A stretch of 60,955 nucleotides of DNA, counting the filler, from Sphacelaria rigidula (taxonomy: Eukaryota), in the NCBI GenBank assembly GCA_964200075.2. It is 9 parts of 9 records of this genome, joined end to end, with 100 filler letters (N's around TTAATTAATTAA, not from the genome) between each part and the next. Parts side by side here need not be neighbours in the genome. Positions count along the whole stretch, not along the records: positions 33,921 to 40,604 come from CAXNAA020018647.1; positions 40,705 to 47,388 come from CAXNAA020018648.1; positions 47,489 to 54,172 come from CAXNAA020018649.1; 6 more parts are not named here. One strand, written 5' to 3'. The notes below the pieces were generated by a model. That model was not told the origin of the DNA. It ran no database searches and saw only the letters and a program-made list of their open reading frames with translations. Below, in pieces: positions 38,058-51,073 of the stretch (within the stretch, counting starts at the first letter, position 1; the number at the start of each line of letters is the position of its first letter). Both the position numbers and the translations under genes were made by a program.

Positions 38058-38507
38058 GCTGCTGATGGGGCCCTCCGGAAGATACCTCTCCTCTCGCGCT
38101 GTGTTGCGCTGGAGTATACGCTCGCCGCCATACACAGCTTGTACGAGATTTCGTAATTCCTTTTCGTGTGGTTCGACATGACGCCCGTTCTTATTGGACA
38201 CGTATCTCATGAGGTGGCCGCACCGGTCTCCCGTCGGCGTCAAAACTCGGCAGGTGACGTTCTTGCCGTTAGACAAAGCAGGCGAGAATGGGGTAATGTT
38301 CTGACGGAGCGGTGACAGAGTACCCTGACGACTTCGTGTGGCGACCTTCAACTCATCCCGCTCGTTTGGCACGGTGATCAATGGTCGTGTCGGCCACGGT
38401 GCAGGCGAGTCGTCGGCACTGCTGTTAGACGTTGCGGTAGATGCTGCAGCTGCAGGCAACGGGATGGTCCAACATTCCCCGAGGAGCTGGTTGCCCACGG
38501 CGACCAC
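34056..38507 (-). pseudogene. Decayed intron-containing hAT transposase (BED zinc finger, catalytic core, C-terminal dimerisation domain)
   Basis: BED-like CRV..CGHLMRY..MSNHTKR (about 38150-38260, frameshifted), C(R)AHWIN motif (about 36010), TWASQL...RL..L...LSPTDW (about 35170-35300), LARVYLCVNSTSCQSEQDLS...VFEMMLLSLN (about 34250-34400). Confidence 0.8.
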
Positions 38508-38679
38508 TCTCCTAGTCTGACCCCACTTCTTGCCTACATATACAAGAGGAAATCATCGCCAGCCTCGGGGGTCCTTCGGCATCAGGGCGGCAGTCTCCCC
38601 CCGTAGGTCTCTGACTACTCTAGCGATACGCCTTCCTCACACTGGCGACACCAGAACAGAACTCAAGCAAGACAGGTCT

Positions 38680-40604
38680 CAAAAGTAAAAAATTGGAACG
38701 GGAACCGACTGCTCCCCGACACCGGAAATTCTAGGTTCCCCCAAGGAACGCGACTCCAGGTAAAACGTATGGATCATGTGTTTAATTATTCGAGTTGAGA
38801 GGTTATTGGAATAATGTGTTTGGGTCAACGCGAAATCAGCCCCCTCAATGTGCATTAATATGTCACTTGCATGACTAATCAAAGAGCGGAACGCGAAGTT
38901 AGACTCCTCAGGGTGAAGGATATGTCATATGTATGGCTAGTCAAACAGCGAAAACGCGAAATTAGTCCCATCAGCGTGGATTATATGTCACCAGAACGGT
39001 CGATTAAGCAGCGAATCCACACTTTATCAACCAAACTTTCACCACCATCGCATGACAGGCACGGCAATTAATCAAGCAGGCCGACCTTTGCAGGCCGACC
39101 TTTGGAAACGTGGTGACTCGAAATAACACTAACAAGCAAATTAACCCAACCTGCGAATGCACGACCTTGTCATTCCCTCCCATGTAGCAAGCGAAAGAAG
39201 AAAGAGGTGTATCGGATGGTCTTACCACATCCCAGCCCAGAAGCTGAGGAAACCTGAAAAGTACAGACAGCACAAGATCCCACACCTCATCACACACGAA
39301 ATGGAGAAAAGGGCCAACCGTCCAGTGAAGAAAACGTATCGGAGGAATGCGGGTTTCTCGGTCAGTGCAATAACTCACTCCTCCATAAGGGCACCGAAAC
39401 AGCCCTCAGTTGGGATGTGAAAGTACATACTAGAAGCAGAAGATGGAAAGAGCACGATGAGGGTTGGTTCCTAAGCAACCGTCAGAGCAGCCGTGGAAAA
39501 AATGATACATCACACAAAGGGCTATCATCGCCGAAATTGAAGCTCAGCTTGGGGAGGCTCTCATCATGCTACATTCTCCGCCGTACCCCAATTAATCGGT
39601 AACGTTACATTCCGCGTGGACAAATGTTCAACCGGCAGCCAGAAAAACAGCGATGTTATAAGCAGGGGCTGTTGACTCCAAATCGAACCACCAGTCTCCC
39701 CTTTGCAACCCAATCTGGTACGATCACTGTTATGACTCATAACAACGCATCATCACCCGCCAGGTATACAGATGCGTCCCTAGCGCTATCCTGTGCATCA
39801 GCCCGCGTTAGAGTCGCAGCCGGAGTAAACGGTACCCTCGGTGACAACAATCACAATCGATTCCGCAACAAATGTACCCTGTATCAGCAAAAGTTCATAG
39901 ATGAACGTCAGACCATCATGACAGCTGATTATATAAAATCAATACCGCCAGGACCCATCGATCTCAGAAGCGCAGACGCAGTTCCCCCATAAAATATCCT
40001 GGGGTTCATTCATTCCGAACTTACGTTGGGGATAAAAACCCTACCAACAGGAGCGTTTGTACTACCTCATCTGGGACCGGGTTGTCGACTACTAGACAAC
40101 TCCGTGGTGAGTGCTTTCAAAGCTATACTCTATACTCGACTGGCAGACGGAAGAACGAACATTCCTTTTTTCCAGTATGAAAAATGAAAGCATCGCATCG
40201 AGAACAACAGGGCTCACAAGATACAGCACACCGAAACAACATACTGTTTTATAGTCGGTGTGAAAAGTTCTAACCCTGTTCGAATTCCTCACAACGAACG
40301 CGGTGTGCCATTATATATATATATGTAGTGAAATGACTGTTCTAGTTGGAACCGGAAATACCCGGTGAACAACAACAGCAGCTGTCGTGGAGCCGCACGT
40401 AATAACCGAGGAAGACACTTCATCGCCTGATGTACCTCAAGCGCTTACGCGCACTATTGCTTCAAGAACAGCAGGCACATACAAGCTGGGCCGGCCAAGA
40501 CGCTGTCAATCCGTCAGACGGCCATAACTCTGCTTCTGCTACGTTGTAGGTCAATCCGAAACCACCGCTGAAATCGGGGAAGTCACACCTAGAAGCTACA
40601 GCTC
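38680..40604 (-). mobile_element. Degenerate LTR retrotransposon (Copia-like) remnant
   Basis: HASDILMHIEGADF resembles Q.ADILTK.L...F at the RNase H end. Stop-ridden coding-like composition. Confidence 0.35.
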
Positions 40605-41735
40605 NNNNNNNNNNNNNNNNNNNNNNNNNNNNNNNNNNNNNNNNNNNNTTAATTAATTAANNNNNNNNNNNNNNNNNNNNNNNNNNNNNNNNNNNNNNNN
40701 NNNNCGTGCTCCGTCCCGGCTTTGTAGGGATGAGAGGTCAATGGTCACATGACTATGGCATGCATGATCATGAATACACTCCCCCAAAAAAGTGCCTGGT
40801 TTGGGGAGGCAAAATGTTCACGTAAATCGAAAAGGAAAACGACGAGCACAACGAGCAGCTGGGAATTCCCACGCCTGGGTTCGTTCTCGCCAATGTCGCC
40901 CATATGATGCGTCCATGCTGCCTGAACCCAAACCTCAAGCGCTGTATGACCACTTTGCTCGTGACTCTTTTGGACTGGTTTTGGGGGCGGGGGCTATCGC
41001 ACAAAGTGTCTCATAATGATGACGGTAAGAGGAGAAAGAAGGAAAAAAATGCTGACACAAAAAAATGAGAAGCCATGAACGAGTGGTGGAGACGGAACGA
41101 GAGACTACTGAAAAATGAATAAAATATTCGGACGGGATGCACGTACTGTTGGGGGATACTTTTGAGTAACCTGATACGTGTATGGTACGGGTGGAGACCA
41201 GGTGCTTGTTGACGCAAACCTGAGGAACATCTACTTTCGAAAAAAATAGCGTGCGAGCCGCTGTATGCTCAAAGAGGAACAGTTTCAAAATATTGGGTAG
41301 TGGCCATCTTGACAAAAAAGACACCCTTTCATTTTTCAGCAAGCAAAAGATGGCACAACATCTGCCCCTGTGGTGTGTATACCCTTCCAGTACAGTTGCG
41401 CTGACGTCAGTCGTCGAGAAAGGCTTAAAAAAAATAGCGAAAATATATAAATAAAAATAACAGCGAAAAAAAACGTTCGAGTCGTTTTGTACACGGACTG
41501 CATCAATACACGGGGCGAAAAATCCCGAAACTGAAAAAAAAAAAAAGCAGCAGCAGCAAGAGGAGGAGATGAATATATATATTTATGTATATATATATGA
41601 GAAATATCAAAGCAGGAAGCGAAAAAAATGAACAGCAAGAAGAACGAGAAAAACATTAAATATATGACGATCGATCAATCAACGGATCGATTTTATGAAA
41701 ACAAAAGAAAAAATAAAATAAAAGCAGCAAGTCAC

Positions 41736-41927
41736 CTTGTAAATCGGCTTCTGATCCTGTCGATACCCGTAGTTCCTCCAGAGCATCAATTGCAGCGGTT
41801 CGGTGTTCATGATGGTCGAGCAGAGCACCACTCGGGGGCAGTCGGGGTCTTCGCATGCATCGATCATCCTCCGTTCCCCCAAGATCTCGTAGAGGATTGC
41901 TTCCCATTCCGTCGAAGAGTATGACGC
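41736..41927 (-). CDS. Patatin-like phospholipase exon (ASYSSTEWEAILYEILGERRMID...LWRNYGY...)
   Basis: Y....WE.IL....G...MI and RNY motifs typical of the iPLA2-gamma group, phase 0 at both ends. Confidence 0.85.
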
Positions 41928-44900
41928 CTGTTATGCGGCGGCGTGTGTGCACGTGGATATGATTGCATTAGGGACGGCCATTAGACATAACACCACGTCG
42001 CTTGATAGATAGAAATTGATCGATTGATTGAATGATCGCCGCGAATGAATTGATCTACGAAATTAGCCGTGGTCAGGATATGGCTGTACCCGACGGAAAT
42101 AGAATGGAACTAAAATCTATTTTAGCTGCCGAGCCTCCGTGATCTGTAACTGAGGCAGGATGCTACGGGTCTGAAGCCCGACAGATAACAACAGTCTTCA
42201 TCGGAATATTACGTATCTGGTGTTCGTCGTTGCATGCGGGAGAACATGGGTGGAAAAAAAAAATCGACGAGAGCCTGTGTGGGGTGCGGGAGTATGCTGA
42301 TAAGTCATGCCCCGATCTTAGATCTAACAAAACGTCAAGTCAGGTACTGTGGAAGATACAGCTTGATCCTTGGCGACTACCGATTCGTCCAGAGTAAAGG
42401 GAAGGGATTACAGGCATGAGGATCACAATAATGACAATAGTAATTATTACGGTAATAGTAATGATGGTGATAATGATAATAATGATAATAATAATGACTA
42501 GTGGTAAGCCACGACGTGACGCGCGTGGCAGCAGTGCCGAAGGTACCAGCGCCACGGGTCTTGCACGCGCGAAGGTTGAAACGTAATGGCGAAAAACGAA
42601 AAATGAGCCTGACATTAACCATAATTTATGAGGATGAGCAGATAAGGACTTCCAACCGCACGGCTAACCGCAGCCACTACAAAGAAGAAAGGAGGCCTCA
42701 CCGTTAGGGACGCTAATAATGAGGTGGGTGGGTGGGTGGGGGGGGGGTGTTGGACCCCGAAAAGTGTCCGAGCTGTTCGACGACATTTTACCGACCATAG
42801 ATCACTTTTATTCGTTCCCTTGGATGCACTTGACTGTAGAATACGTCCTTAACATAGAGAAATCGTGAGTTATAGCGACGCTCTCCCTATTCAGACGCTG
42901 CATACACCTCCACGCCGCTGCCATATCACGGCGTTGGATTTTTTTTTCAAGTGCTTCTCAAGCTCACCCTCGAAACATGCAAAGAAAGATGAGTGATTTT
43001 TCAGAGGTTTTGCTGAGCGCGGGATGTGCCCTGAGAAAGTGGCGGCCCCATGCATTCAGATCGTAGCACAGATCGCGAGAAAGAGCGCTCCGATTGCACA
43101 CGTCGCCAAGGAGGACTGGGGTGTTAAACTCGTCCCCTGAAAGTAGTCCCCCGACCAACTCGCCGTCCTCAAGGAGAGCAATGGAGATATAAGAACAGAC
43201 AGGGGACCAAGATGGACATTGGCTTCCGCCGGGTCGAAAGGTTCATCGACTCGGAAGTTACCGGTGACAGTTGCGTTCGGACAAGATAGGCACCACGTCA
43301 TGGGCTATATAAAGCCGGACCGTCAGATTCAAGATGCGTGGCTTATTCAAGCTCTAGTTCCGTATGCCCGCATAAGGTTCATCTCAAATCATTTTTTTAG
43401 CTTAATTAGGCTATTTTTTCAAGCTTGTAATGAGCTTGATATGCTTGAAACGCGCTTATGCTTGAAACGCGCATAAAGATGCGATAATTTTTTATGCGCC
43501 TCCTGCAGTCAATCTAGCAGCTGCCCGCAAGTGCTCCATATGGCGTGACTCGTCACCAGACAGGCCGACAGGCTTCGATGGTTCAAACTTCGATTACCGT
43601 GTTTCTTTTTCCCATATTGTGGGTCTGATCAGAAAAGCGCACGACTTTATACTCTATATACGTGGTACTACGATGTCCTGAAACATCTGATTGACTGCTC
43701 GTTGTCCGAGTCCTTTTTACGTCTCATTGTACGAACACATCCAGACACCCTGCATGCTAACAGTGCAGGCAGTACAGACTGTACTGTTCACAAGCGACCA
43801 AGTACCGCTTTACGAATTTCACTTGTTTTTTTCGATCAAAAACCTCAAAATTCGCCTGGACCCAACTGTAGCAATATGAGCGAATTTCGCTGAAATTAAC
43901 ATTCCACTGCCCCTTTTTTTCGATAAAAAAAAATGCCTCCGATGAATCAAGAATCATGGTTGAAAAAAAGCCGCCACTTGTGTACCCAGCCGGACGGGGA
44001 ATGCAAGGTAGAGAGAGCGTGGCGCGCACAGGAACAGACAACATCCAGGCGTCTGTATTATGCTCTTCTGTTTGTTAGTTGCGTTGTTCTTCGTAAATAC
44101 TACTTTACCCTGCACGGCCAATATATATTAGGGTCGCGTTGGTGAGAACATGTTGACCGCTTAATATGTATTGGGTCTACGTGGGTGCCAATGTATTGGC
44201 CGATCGATACACATCAGATATTATAAGTATGGTGTACACTTTGAGAAAGATCCAGACGCGGTGGATGCCGGAGCCTGTGCAGATTGGTAAAAGCTTCGAA
44301 GGGAGCCGCAGAAGTTCGCGTGCATTGCTACGAAGAGTCGTCGAATTCGTTTGATATATATGTATATACTAGTCAGAAAATATGGTGGCAGAAGAGGCAA
44401 CCCGGTATATATGCCTTCTGATACCTGTCTGGCCACAGGTACGGGGCCGCCCATCTCCTTCACAGCATGTAATATATCTTCGGTAAACATCACCAAGACA
44501 GAAAACGCGGGTCGATGTGCGTCTTTTGGTATCCCTACGGTCACCGGTGTTGTGTTGCTTATACCCTGGACAATAAAAAAAAAAATGATAGGATATCAAT
44601 ACTTTGTATTGGAGACAGCGCAAATATGGTCCTTTCAATATATGCTGTGTTGAGATATCCTCGGAGACATTAAAGCAACAACACATATTTCTCGTGTCAT
44701 GATCGTGAAGTAATCAAGGTATATATATTGGACATGCATTTGCTCCGGGAACAAAACATTCAACTGACTGTGTAGTTGATCGGTCCATTTTCCCCGTATA
44801 TAGTGCCCAAAATCGGGCCCAATTCACAGGCATAACTATCCCTGGGGGCTGTACAATATGCTTCAAATCTGGAGAGGAAAGTGACCTCCTTTCCAGGGAA

Positions 44901-46157
44901 CGTCCAGCGCTCAGCACAAAATTTACACATCACTTTCAAACCCAAAGCGGGAACAACCAATCGGCAGGAAGATGACACAGCGTTCGACAGCAGCGCACTA
45001 CACTTTTTCGTCACAAGCGTACATCGCAGTGCGTTCTATTGCGTTCGCGTAGCGCACGTACGTCGGACCCCCCGTTATTGGACGATGGGTGTCCAGGTTA
45101 GGTGACAGTACAGTGCTTTGTGATGCTCACAAAAACACTGAATTACTGTGCATGGGTGCAGTGCGTCGTATCTGCAGTGTCCAGACTACCGGGTTTCTCT
45201 ACGGGTAAACATACAACTTGGCCGTTCACCACGGATCATCTTTCGGCCTGCTTGTGCGGGACGATCGAGAAGAGTGACAGTTTTCCGAGCGTCTACTGTA
45301 AAATACTGTTCCAAAAAGAATATTTTTTGACTCGGATAAAGTATGGGAAAACCGGACAATGATGTACTGATCAAACTATGGAGCGGAGAGACACTACGCT
45401 AATAATAGATAGAATGAATAATGACAGTACTAATGATAATGACAATACTAATGATAATGATAATGATGATAATAATAATAGTAATAATAATAATAATCAT
45501 CATCATGAGAATGATAATTATAACTATAAACATGGTGATCATGATCACCATCATGATAAAATCATGATAATACATGTAAATAATAATAATAATCATAACC
45601 ATTACAGTAATGGTAATAATACTAGCAATAATAACATGTTTCATTTTCTTTCAAATGCCATACTTCGTATCACGCCGAATTTCGTCATTTACCATGTACA
45701 ATCTCAAAAGACGATGTTCGCTTGAAAAATCAGTACAAAAATATCAACGTTGATCGACTGACACTTGGCCTGGAAACGACTGAGAGAAATCCGCGTTTTG
45801 CCAAAACAAGCGAAGGGAGGTGATACACACCGTATTCTACGTTACACGCAAAACGTTCGTGCATGTCATAAAGCACACAATGTTGGGGGCGAAACGTTGG
45901 CGTCTTATGAGGCCGATGCGACAGGTGTTTGCAGGCGGGGTTTACAGTGCACTAACGATTTTGTCTCCCGACATAAAATGCAACACCTTGAGGGTCATAC
46001 GAATGACTCATTGTCATCATCATGATCATTATCATCATCATCATCATCATCATCTACGTGAAAAAAAAAACATTCGCAGACGAAGGGCTAAATTGGACAA
46101 AGATAAAAGCACCTCTCGCGTCGGTTGCGGAGAGCACAAGGAAAAAAAAAAACCCAC

Positions 46158-46319
46158 CTGACGAAGCACTAAGTTTGCGTTGTTGAGAATATCTTTTCGG
46201 AAGATTTTCACTATCAGCTGGTCGTAAAGAGTGGAAGCGGACACCAGGGACCTCTTCTCCGCAGCGAAGAGCATCGCCAGGATGCCTCCCGTTGAGGTGC
46301 CGCAGATCACGTCGAAAAC
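46158..46319 (-). CDS. Patatin-like phospholipase, exon with the catalytic Ser
   Basis: VFDVICGTSTGGILA (G-x-S-x-G), phase 0 at both ends. Confidence 0.92.
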
Positions 46320-46496
46320 CTGTTGTTGTCGTTGTTGTGGTGGTCATGATCCATTATCATCAGTAAACAAAACAAGGGCCTTCATTCACGTGTTGACGAT
46401 ATTGCTGCTTCGTCATGATCTACTGTTGGCATATGTCAATTGTCGATATTATTATCTGCTTGCCGTGATCCATTTTTAGTGGAGAAACACACAACA

Positions 46497-46536
<40 letters not shown>

Positions 46537-47068
46537 ATTGTTACCGTGAAACAGTATATACTTACTGTAGTCTTACCATGGGGGGGGTTCAGACGAGAGA
46601 CAGAGACAGACACCGTTCCGCGGAAAGCGTGTGACGCAATTGACCATGAGGTAAAAAAAAAGTAACATCATCATGACGTCACATTTCTTCTCCCTCCGGA
46701 GCCAATTATTTCGTCACGTACGATCATGCTATCCATGCTTACAGCAGTTTTTGGTAAACGCCTGGTGTTCCCTGGGTAGAGATACACATGCCCCGACATT
46801 ACCACATCAAAGAATGGATCATGACTTTCAGGACCCCGTCCTAGTCTTTTGCTACTCACGTTCTCCCTCGCTCGCAGCGACAAACCCCGGATCGATTCTA
46901 CCCAAAAATACCGATATTCGTCAGGCTTCCCGCCCGCAAAAGCTACGTACGTCCCAGCTGGTGATTGGTGTGTAACAGGAGAAGGTCGCCGGAGCGGGGC
47001 GGCATTTTTTTTCGCTGTGACTCATTGCTTGCTATCTGAACAGGGCCCAAACCCCACACACACCATAC

Positions 47069-47224
47069 CTCGTGCACGTCCTTGTCAAGCCCTTTCAGGG
47101 CCTCTTGAAGCAACGCGATGGACATGACGCCACGCGTGCCTCCTCCGTCGAGAGACAGTATTCGCAGTCCCTTTTGCCCCGGCTGCTTTGGCCTCCACTG
47201 GTGGACTCCAAGCATCGATAGCAG
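47069..47224 (-). CDS. Patatin-like phospholipase (iPLA2-gamma/PNPLA8-like), exon with the Gly-rich loop
   Basis: GLRILSLDGGGTRG motif. aag| acceptor, GAG|gtatgg donor, phase 0. Confidence 0.92.
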
Positions 47225-48126
47225 CTTGTTTCGTTTCGTTTCGTTTGTTTGATAGATTGATCATCCAAGAATGGGAGAAAAAGAGAGCGGAAGCAAGGGG
47301 GAAAAAGGGGATGGGGACAAGAAAAAGAAGGGGTGTACTCATGATCATGCATGTCATAGTCATACGACCACTGACCGAGAAGGGGGGGNNNNNNNNNNNN
47401 NNNNNNNNNNNNNNNNNNNNNNNNNNNNNNNNTTAATTAATTAANNNNNNNNNNNNNNNNNNNNNNNNNNNNNNNNNNNNNNNNNNNNACCGGGGCCCCC
47501 GCGGGGCTCCCCCCCACCCCCCGGGGAGGACCCCCCCCCCCCCCCCCCCCCCGCCTCAAAAACCACCCCCCTGAGCCCTGGAAACCCCCGGATGTCTCGG
47601 GACTGTCAGCCTGTACAACTGTTCCGAGGCGACGCTCGTCGTCCAAGGGTTAACCCTTTCAGTATAGTTCACCACTTGGGAGGGTGAGAAATTTCTCAGA
47701 TAGTTCGGCTTGATTTTAGTGCGGACAGCGCAATTCGGATCTTGGATGGGGCTATGCTTCAAGCGTGCTCCTAGCTTGCGCAGACCGCGTTTTTGTCTTG
47801 TGTTTGTTGTCATGGTGCTGTGCTCACACTTTTTCTTGTTTGTTTTATGCACGCACTGGAGTATGCCACAACCTGGTATTAGCCGTACTGCTGTTTTACA
47901 CGCGCACTGGAGAACGACGGATACCGACATCATCTGATATTCGCGGTAGTATTTTCAATATAAAATATATGTTGATGGTATTTCATTTGTATACTATATT
48001 TATATATTATCCCCCTCTTTCCCATAGAGGTCAATGGTCATGAGTACGCATGGCATACACTATGGCATGCATGATCATGAGCACCCCCCCCCCCCCCCAT
48101 ATCATCATGTTTTATTAAACGTTTAG

Positions 48127-48270
48127 CGGGGCGTGGTAGTAAATAATGTGGTGAACAAAGACACGGGTCAAGTCGTGGGAGACCTCCGCGCCGAAGGAGG
48201 ACAAGAACGGTTCGATGTGCTCCCGTCGCACTTCCGACCGTCAGAGGCCTGGCACGCCCCAGAGCACGAG
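48127..48270 (+). CDS. WD40 protein (WDR44-like), upstream exon (VVNKDTGQVVGDLR...)
   Basis: ttag| acceptor, GAG|gtgagt donor, phase 0, NKDTG motif. Confidence 0.65.
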
Positions 48271-48766
48271 GTGAGTAGTCCTGTGCTGTGTGCCGTGTTG
48301 CAATGTACCCCTCCGCCTTCATTAACGAAACATTTGTTGTCCGTCGTCAACCAGATGTCCTGAAATTTTTCATCATCGGATCGGAGCATATCCCGTGATA
48401 GGAAGTATCTCGAACTCGAGGCTCCCCGGTAACTTCAACAGCAATTTAGGTTCGAATATACCGGGAACCCCGAGTTTCGAGATTACCTAAAGTGATGCGC
48501 GTGGAGTGAATTGCTCAATGGTACGGCTACTTTTCTGCAGGCCATGTCATGTATCCGACAATCCCAGCGATGTTCAAAGGTGTTCTTGATACCATACTCC
48601 CTGTGATGAATGAAGAAAGGTCCTTGGCCCCTGTAGTATGCGATTTCGGGGGTCTTGTAGATCGGGTGTGGACGATGTCTTCTCTTTAGTCTCGATCGAT
48701 GTCTGGAGTAGCGCTACTGCTACTATTCCTCACGACGGCTGAATACTCTGATTGGTATATTTTGTT

Positions 48767-49070
48767 AGCTTGTGCTCTGTAGGGTATACTGGCTGAGATT
48801 CGGGTATTTACAGGAGTATAAAAGCGATTTTTATCGGCGAACAAATACGAGGTTGTATTCAACAGGGTATACCTGGAAGTCAGGGATTTTGGTTGGCATG
48901 CTAACCCATACAGAAATTTGTACCGAATATTCCGGTCTGGTCCGGCAGGGTATCGAGAATGGTTCCGAGCAATCCGGCATGGTTAGGAAGTGGTTTACAG
49001 ATGAGCTATCTCTTTTCATGATTCTGTAAATGCCCGAATTTCGGGCGGCATACCCTACAGAACACAACCT
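48767..49070. mobile_element. MITE with TTGTG(T/C)TCTGTAGGGTAT TIRs. Extra right end near 49500-49520
   Basis: Mirrored termini plus subterminal ATTCGGG(T/C)ATTTACAG. Confidence 0.7.
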
Positions 49071-49825
49071 TGAAAGATAATTGTTTCAATACCCGTTCGG
49101 ACCATACCGGGATGTTCGATACATACTTCGGTTTGGTTTGGGTATACCAACCGAGAATCCCCCACTTTCGAGTAAGAGGTTAGCTCACCACCTGGTGGGT
49201 ATGGAAATGTCTCGGAGATTTGTGATTTCAAATAAATCTTTACACTTACCCTCACCCCAACGAAGGCATACCGAGAACCATCAAACAACGGGGGTGCAAA
49301 GTGTTCCCTAGCCAACGTGTGCGTTGCGAGACCTCAAGTCGGCGTTGCCGCAGGCGCCGATCTAGACGAAAACGCGTTCCGCGAACGCTAGAAGCACAGC
49401 TCGCATCGAAGATTCGGATTTTGATACCCACACCAAAACCAAGCCGGAAATTTCGAAATTTCCATGCCTATGGAGTTGTGGAACTCTACCGTCGAGTATA
49501 TACCCTGCAGAACACAACATCGGCGGTTTCTTGAAATGTACTACTGGTTGTCGCTCTCGAACAGTCCACACTCTTGTATGTTCACCTTAGTTTGTGACAG
49601 AAAGTAGGCAGTTAAGCGTGATCAGCTCGACTTGGCAAGGATATGCATATCTCCACGCACGGTACTGCCGGACCAAGCTGAAGTGCAAGCTCTGACAAAG
49701 AATGCGCACTCCACCAGGCTCCTTCCTCCTCAGGTCAATCGTCATATGACTACGGCATGCGAGATCATGAGTATACCCCCCCTCCCCCCCTCCCCCATAA
49801 TACTATATGTATGCACAAAATGAAG

Positions 49826-51073
49826 ACGCAAGCGATGGCAGCCGCGGCGTCTCCGCTAGATCTCGCGGGTGCGGAAACTCACTCTCGAAGGGCTGGCGCG
49901 CGGAAGATGACCGGGGGGGCAACTAGAACGGGTGGATCCAAGAAGATCGGCCACGGGCTGCAGTCGATGATATTTCGTCGCCTCAAAGCTCGCGATCACA
50001 ACGACGAGCACGACGTCGGCCAAGGCTGCGGCGGCGGCGGCGGCGCAGCCGGTGGCAGGGGAACCGGGTCAGCCGCGCGCTCTCACCCTTTCGCCGTGGA
50101 GGCCAGTGGCTTCGAGGGCGGTGGCGGGGTGGTTGGGTTCGACGGGAGTAAGGTGGAGCAAGCCCAGCACCAGGCACAGCACCAAGCGCAGAAGCAGCTG
50201 GGCGGAAGTGATAGAGCGCGATCCGGGGATGAAAGCGCAGCGGTGCTACTTCTGGACGCACGGACGAGCCGAAGCAGTTCAGATCCCGCGGTCGCCAACC
50301 GAGCCTCGGCGTCGACGGCGGGAACGAGAATCCCGACCGGGGCGGGGGGCGGTGGTTCAGGCACCACCGGCGGCGGAGCGGCGGGCGATGGGCATGCGAC
50401 GAGCGTCGCAACTTCGCCGCCTCCGGGGCCGGAGATAGATTCATTGGAGTCGGCGTTGTTCTCGGTAATAGCCGCGGCGGCGAAAACGAGTGGGAGAGCA
50501 CAGTCTGGTGGAGGAACCGGGGAAAGGGGGGAGAGAGGGGCGTCGCCGCCGCCGCCCGATGCGCATGGCGGGCCGCGCAGCTCCCCAACCAGCGGTGAGC
50601 GGGCCCCTTCGCGGCAACAAATGGCGGCCGCGCAGGTGGCGAAACGCAAGGCGGCGCTGCATGGACGCGGGCTGATGGAGAACGCGTTTTTGAGGGCCGC
50701 GGGACCGAAAGACTGCGGCGGTCGCAGTAGCGGTGGAGGCGGAGGCGGCTTGGGCTCCCCAAGGAACCATATGCATGCGACCGAGTCTCCCTCTGCGGCC
50801 TTGGGTTTTGTTGAGCCGCCGTCATTGAATGACGAGGCTGCCGCCGGTGGAGTAGGGAGCACGGCCGGTGACCGCCGTCATTCCGGGAGCAGTATTCCAG
50901 ATCACGATAACCCTTGGGATGCGGCCATTTTGAACCACCCAGAGCACAGCAATGATTCGGCCAAGCATAGGAGAGGTTCGGGAAGGGCCCCGCACAAGAC
51001 GCAAGGTTCTTCGCATCACCCCCATGGCGCCGGCGCCGGCGGAGGTGGGGCGGGGTGTGGCGGACAGAGACAG
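49826..51073 (+). CDS. WD40 protein (WDR44-like), long Gly/Ala/Ser-rich exon
   Basis: 1,248-nt GC-rich open frame within ORF 49757-51082. CAG|gt donor in phase 0. Acceptor position approximate. Confidence 0.75.

Noticed and set aside
45378..45725. Asn/Asp/His-rich ORF and its Ile/Met-rich antisense ORF
   Set aside because: Degenerate (AAT)n microsatellite inside a patatin-gene intron
49983..50862. Long minus-strand ORFs of 259-280 aa (and 52409-53086)
   Set aside because: Antisense shadows of GC-rich plus-strand exons of the WD40 gene
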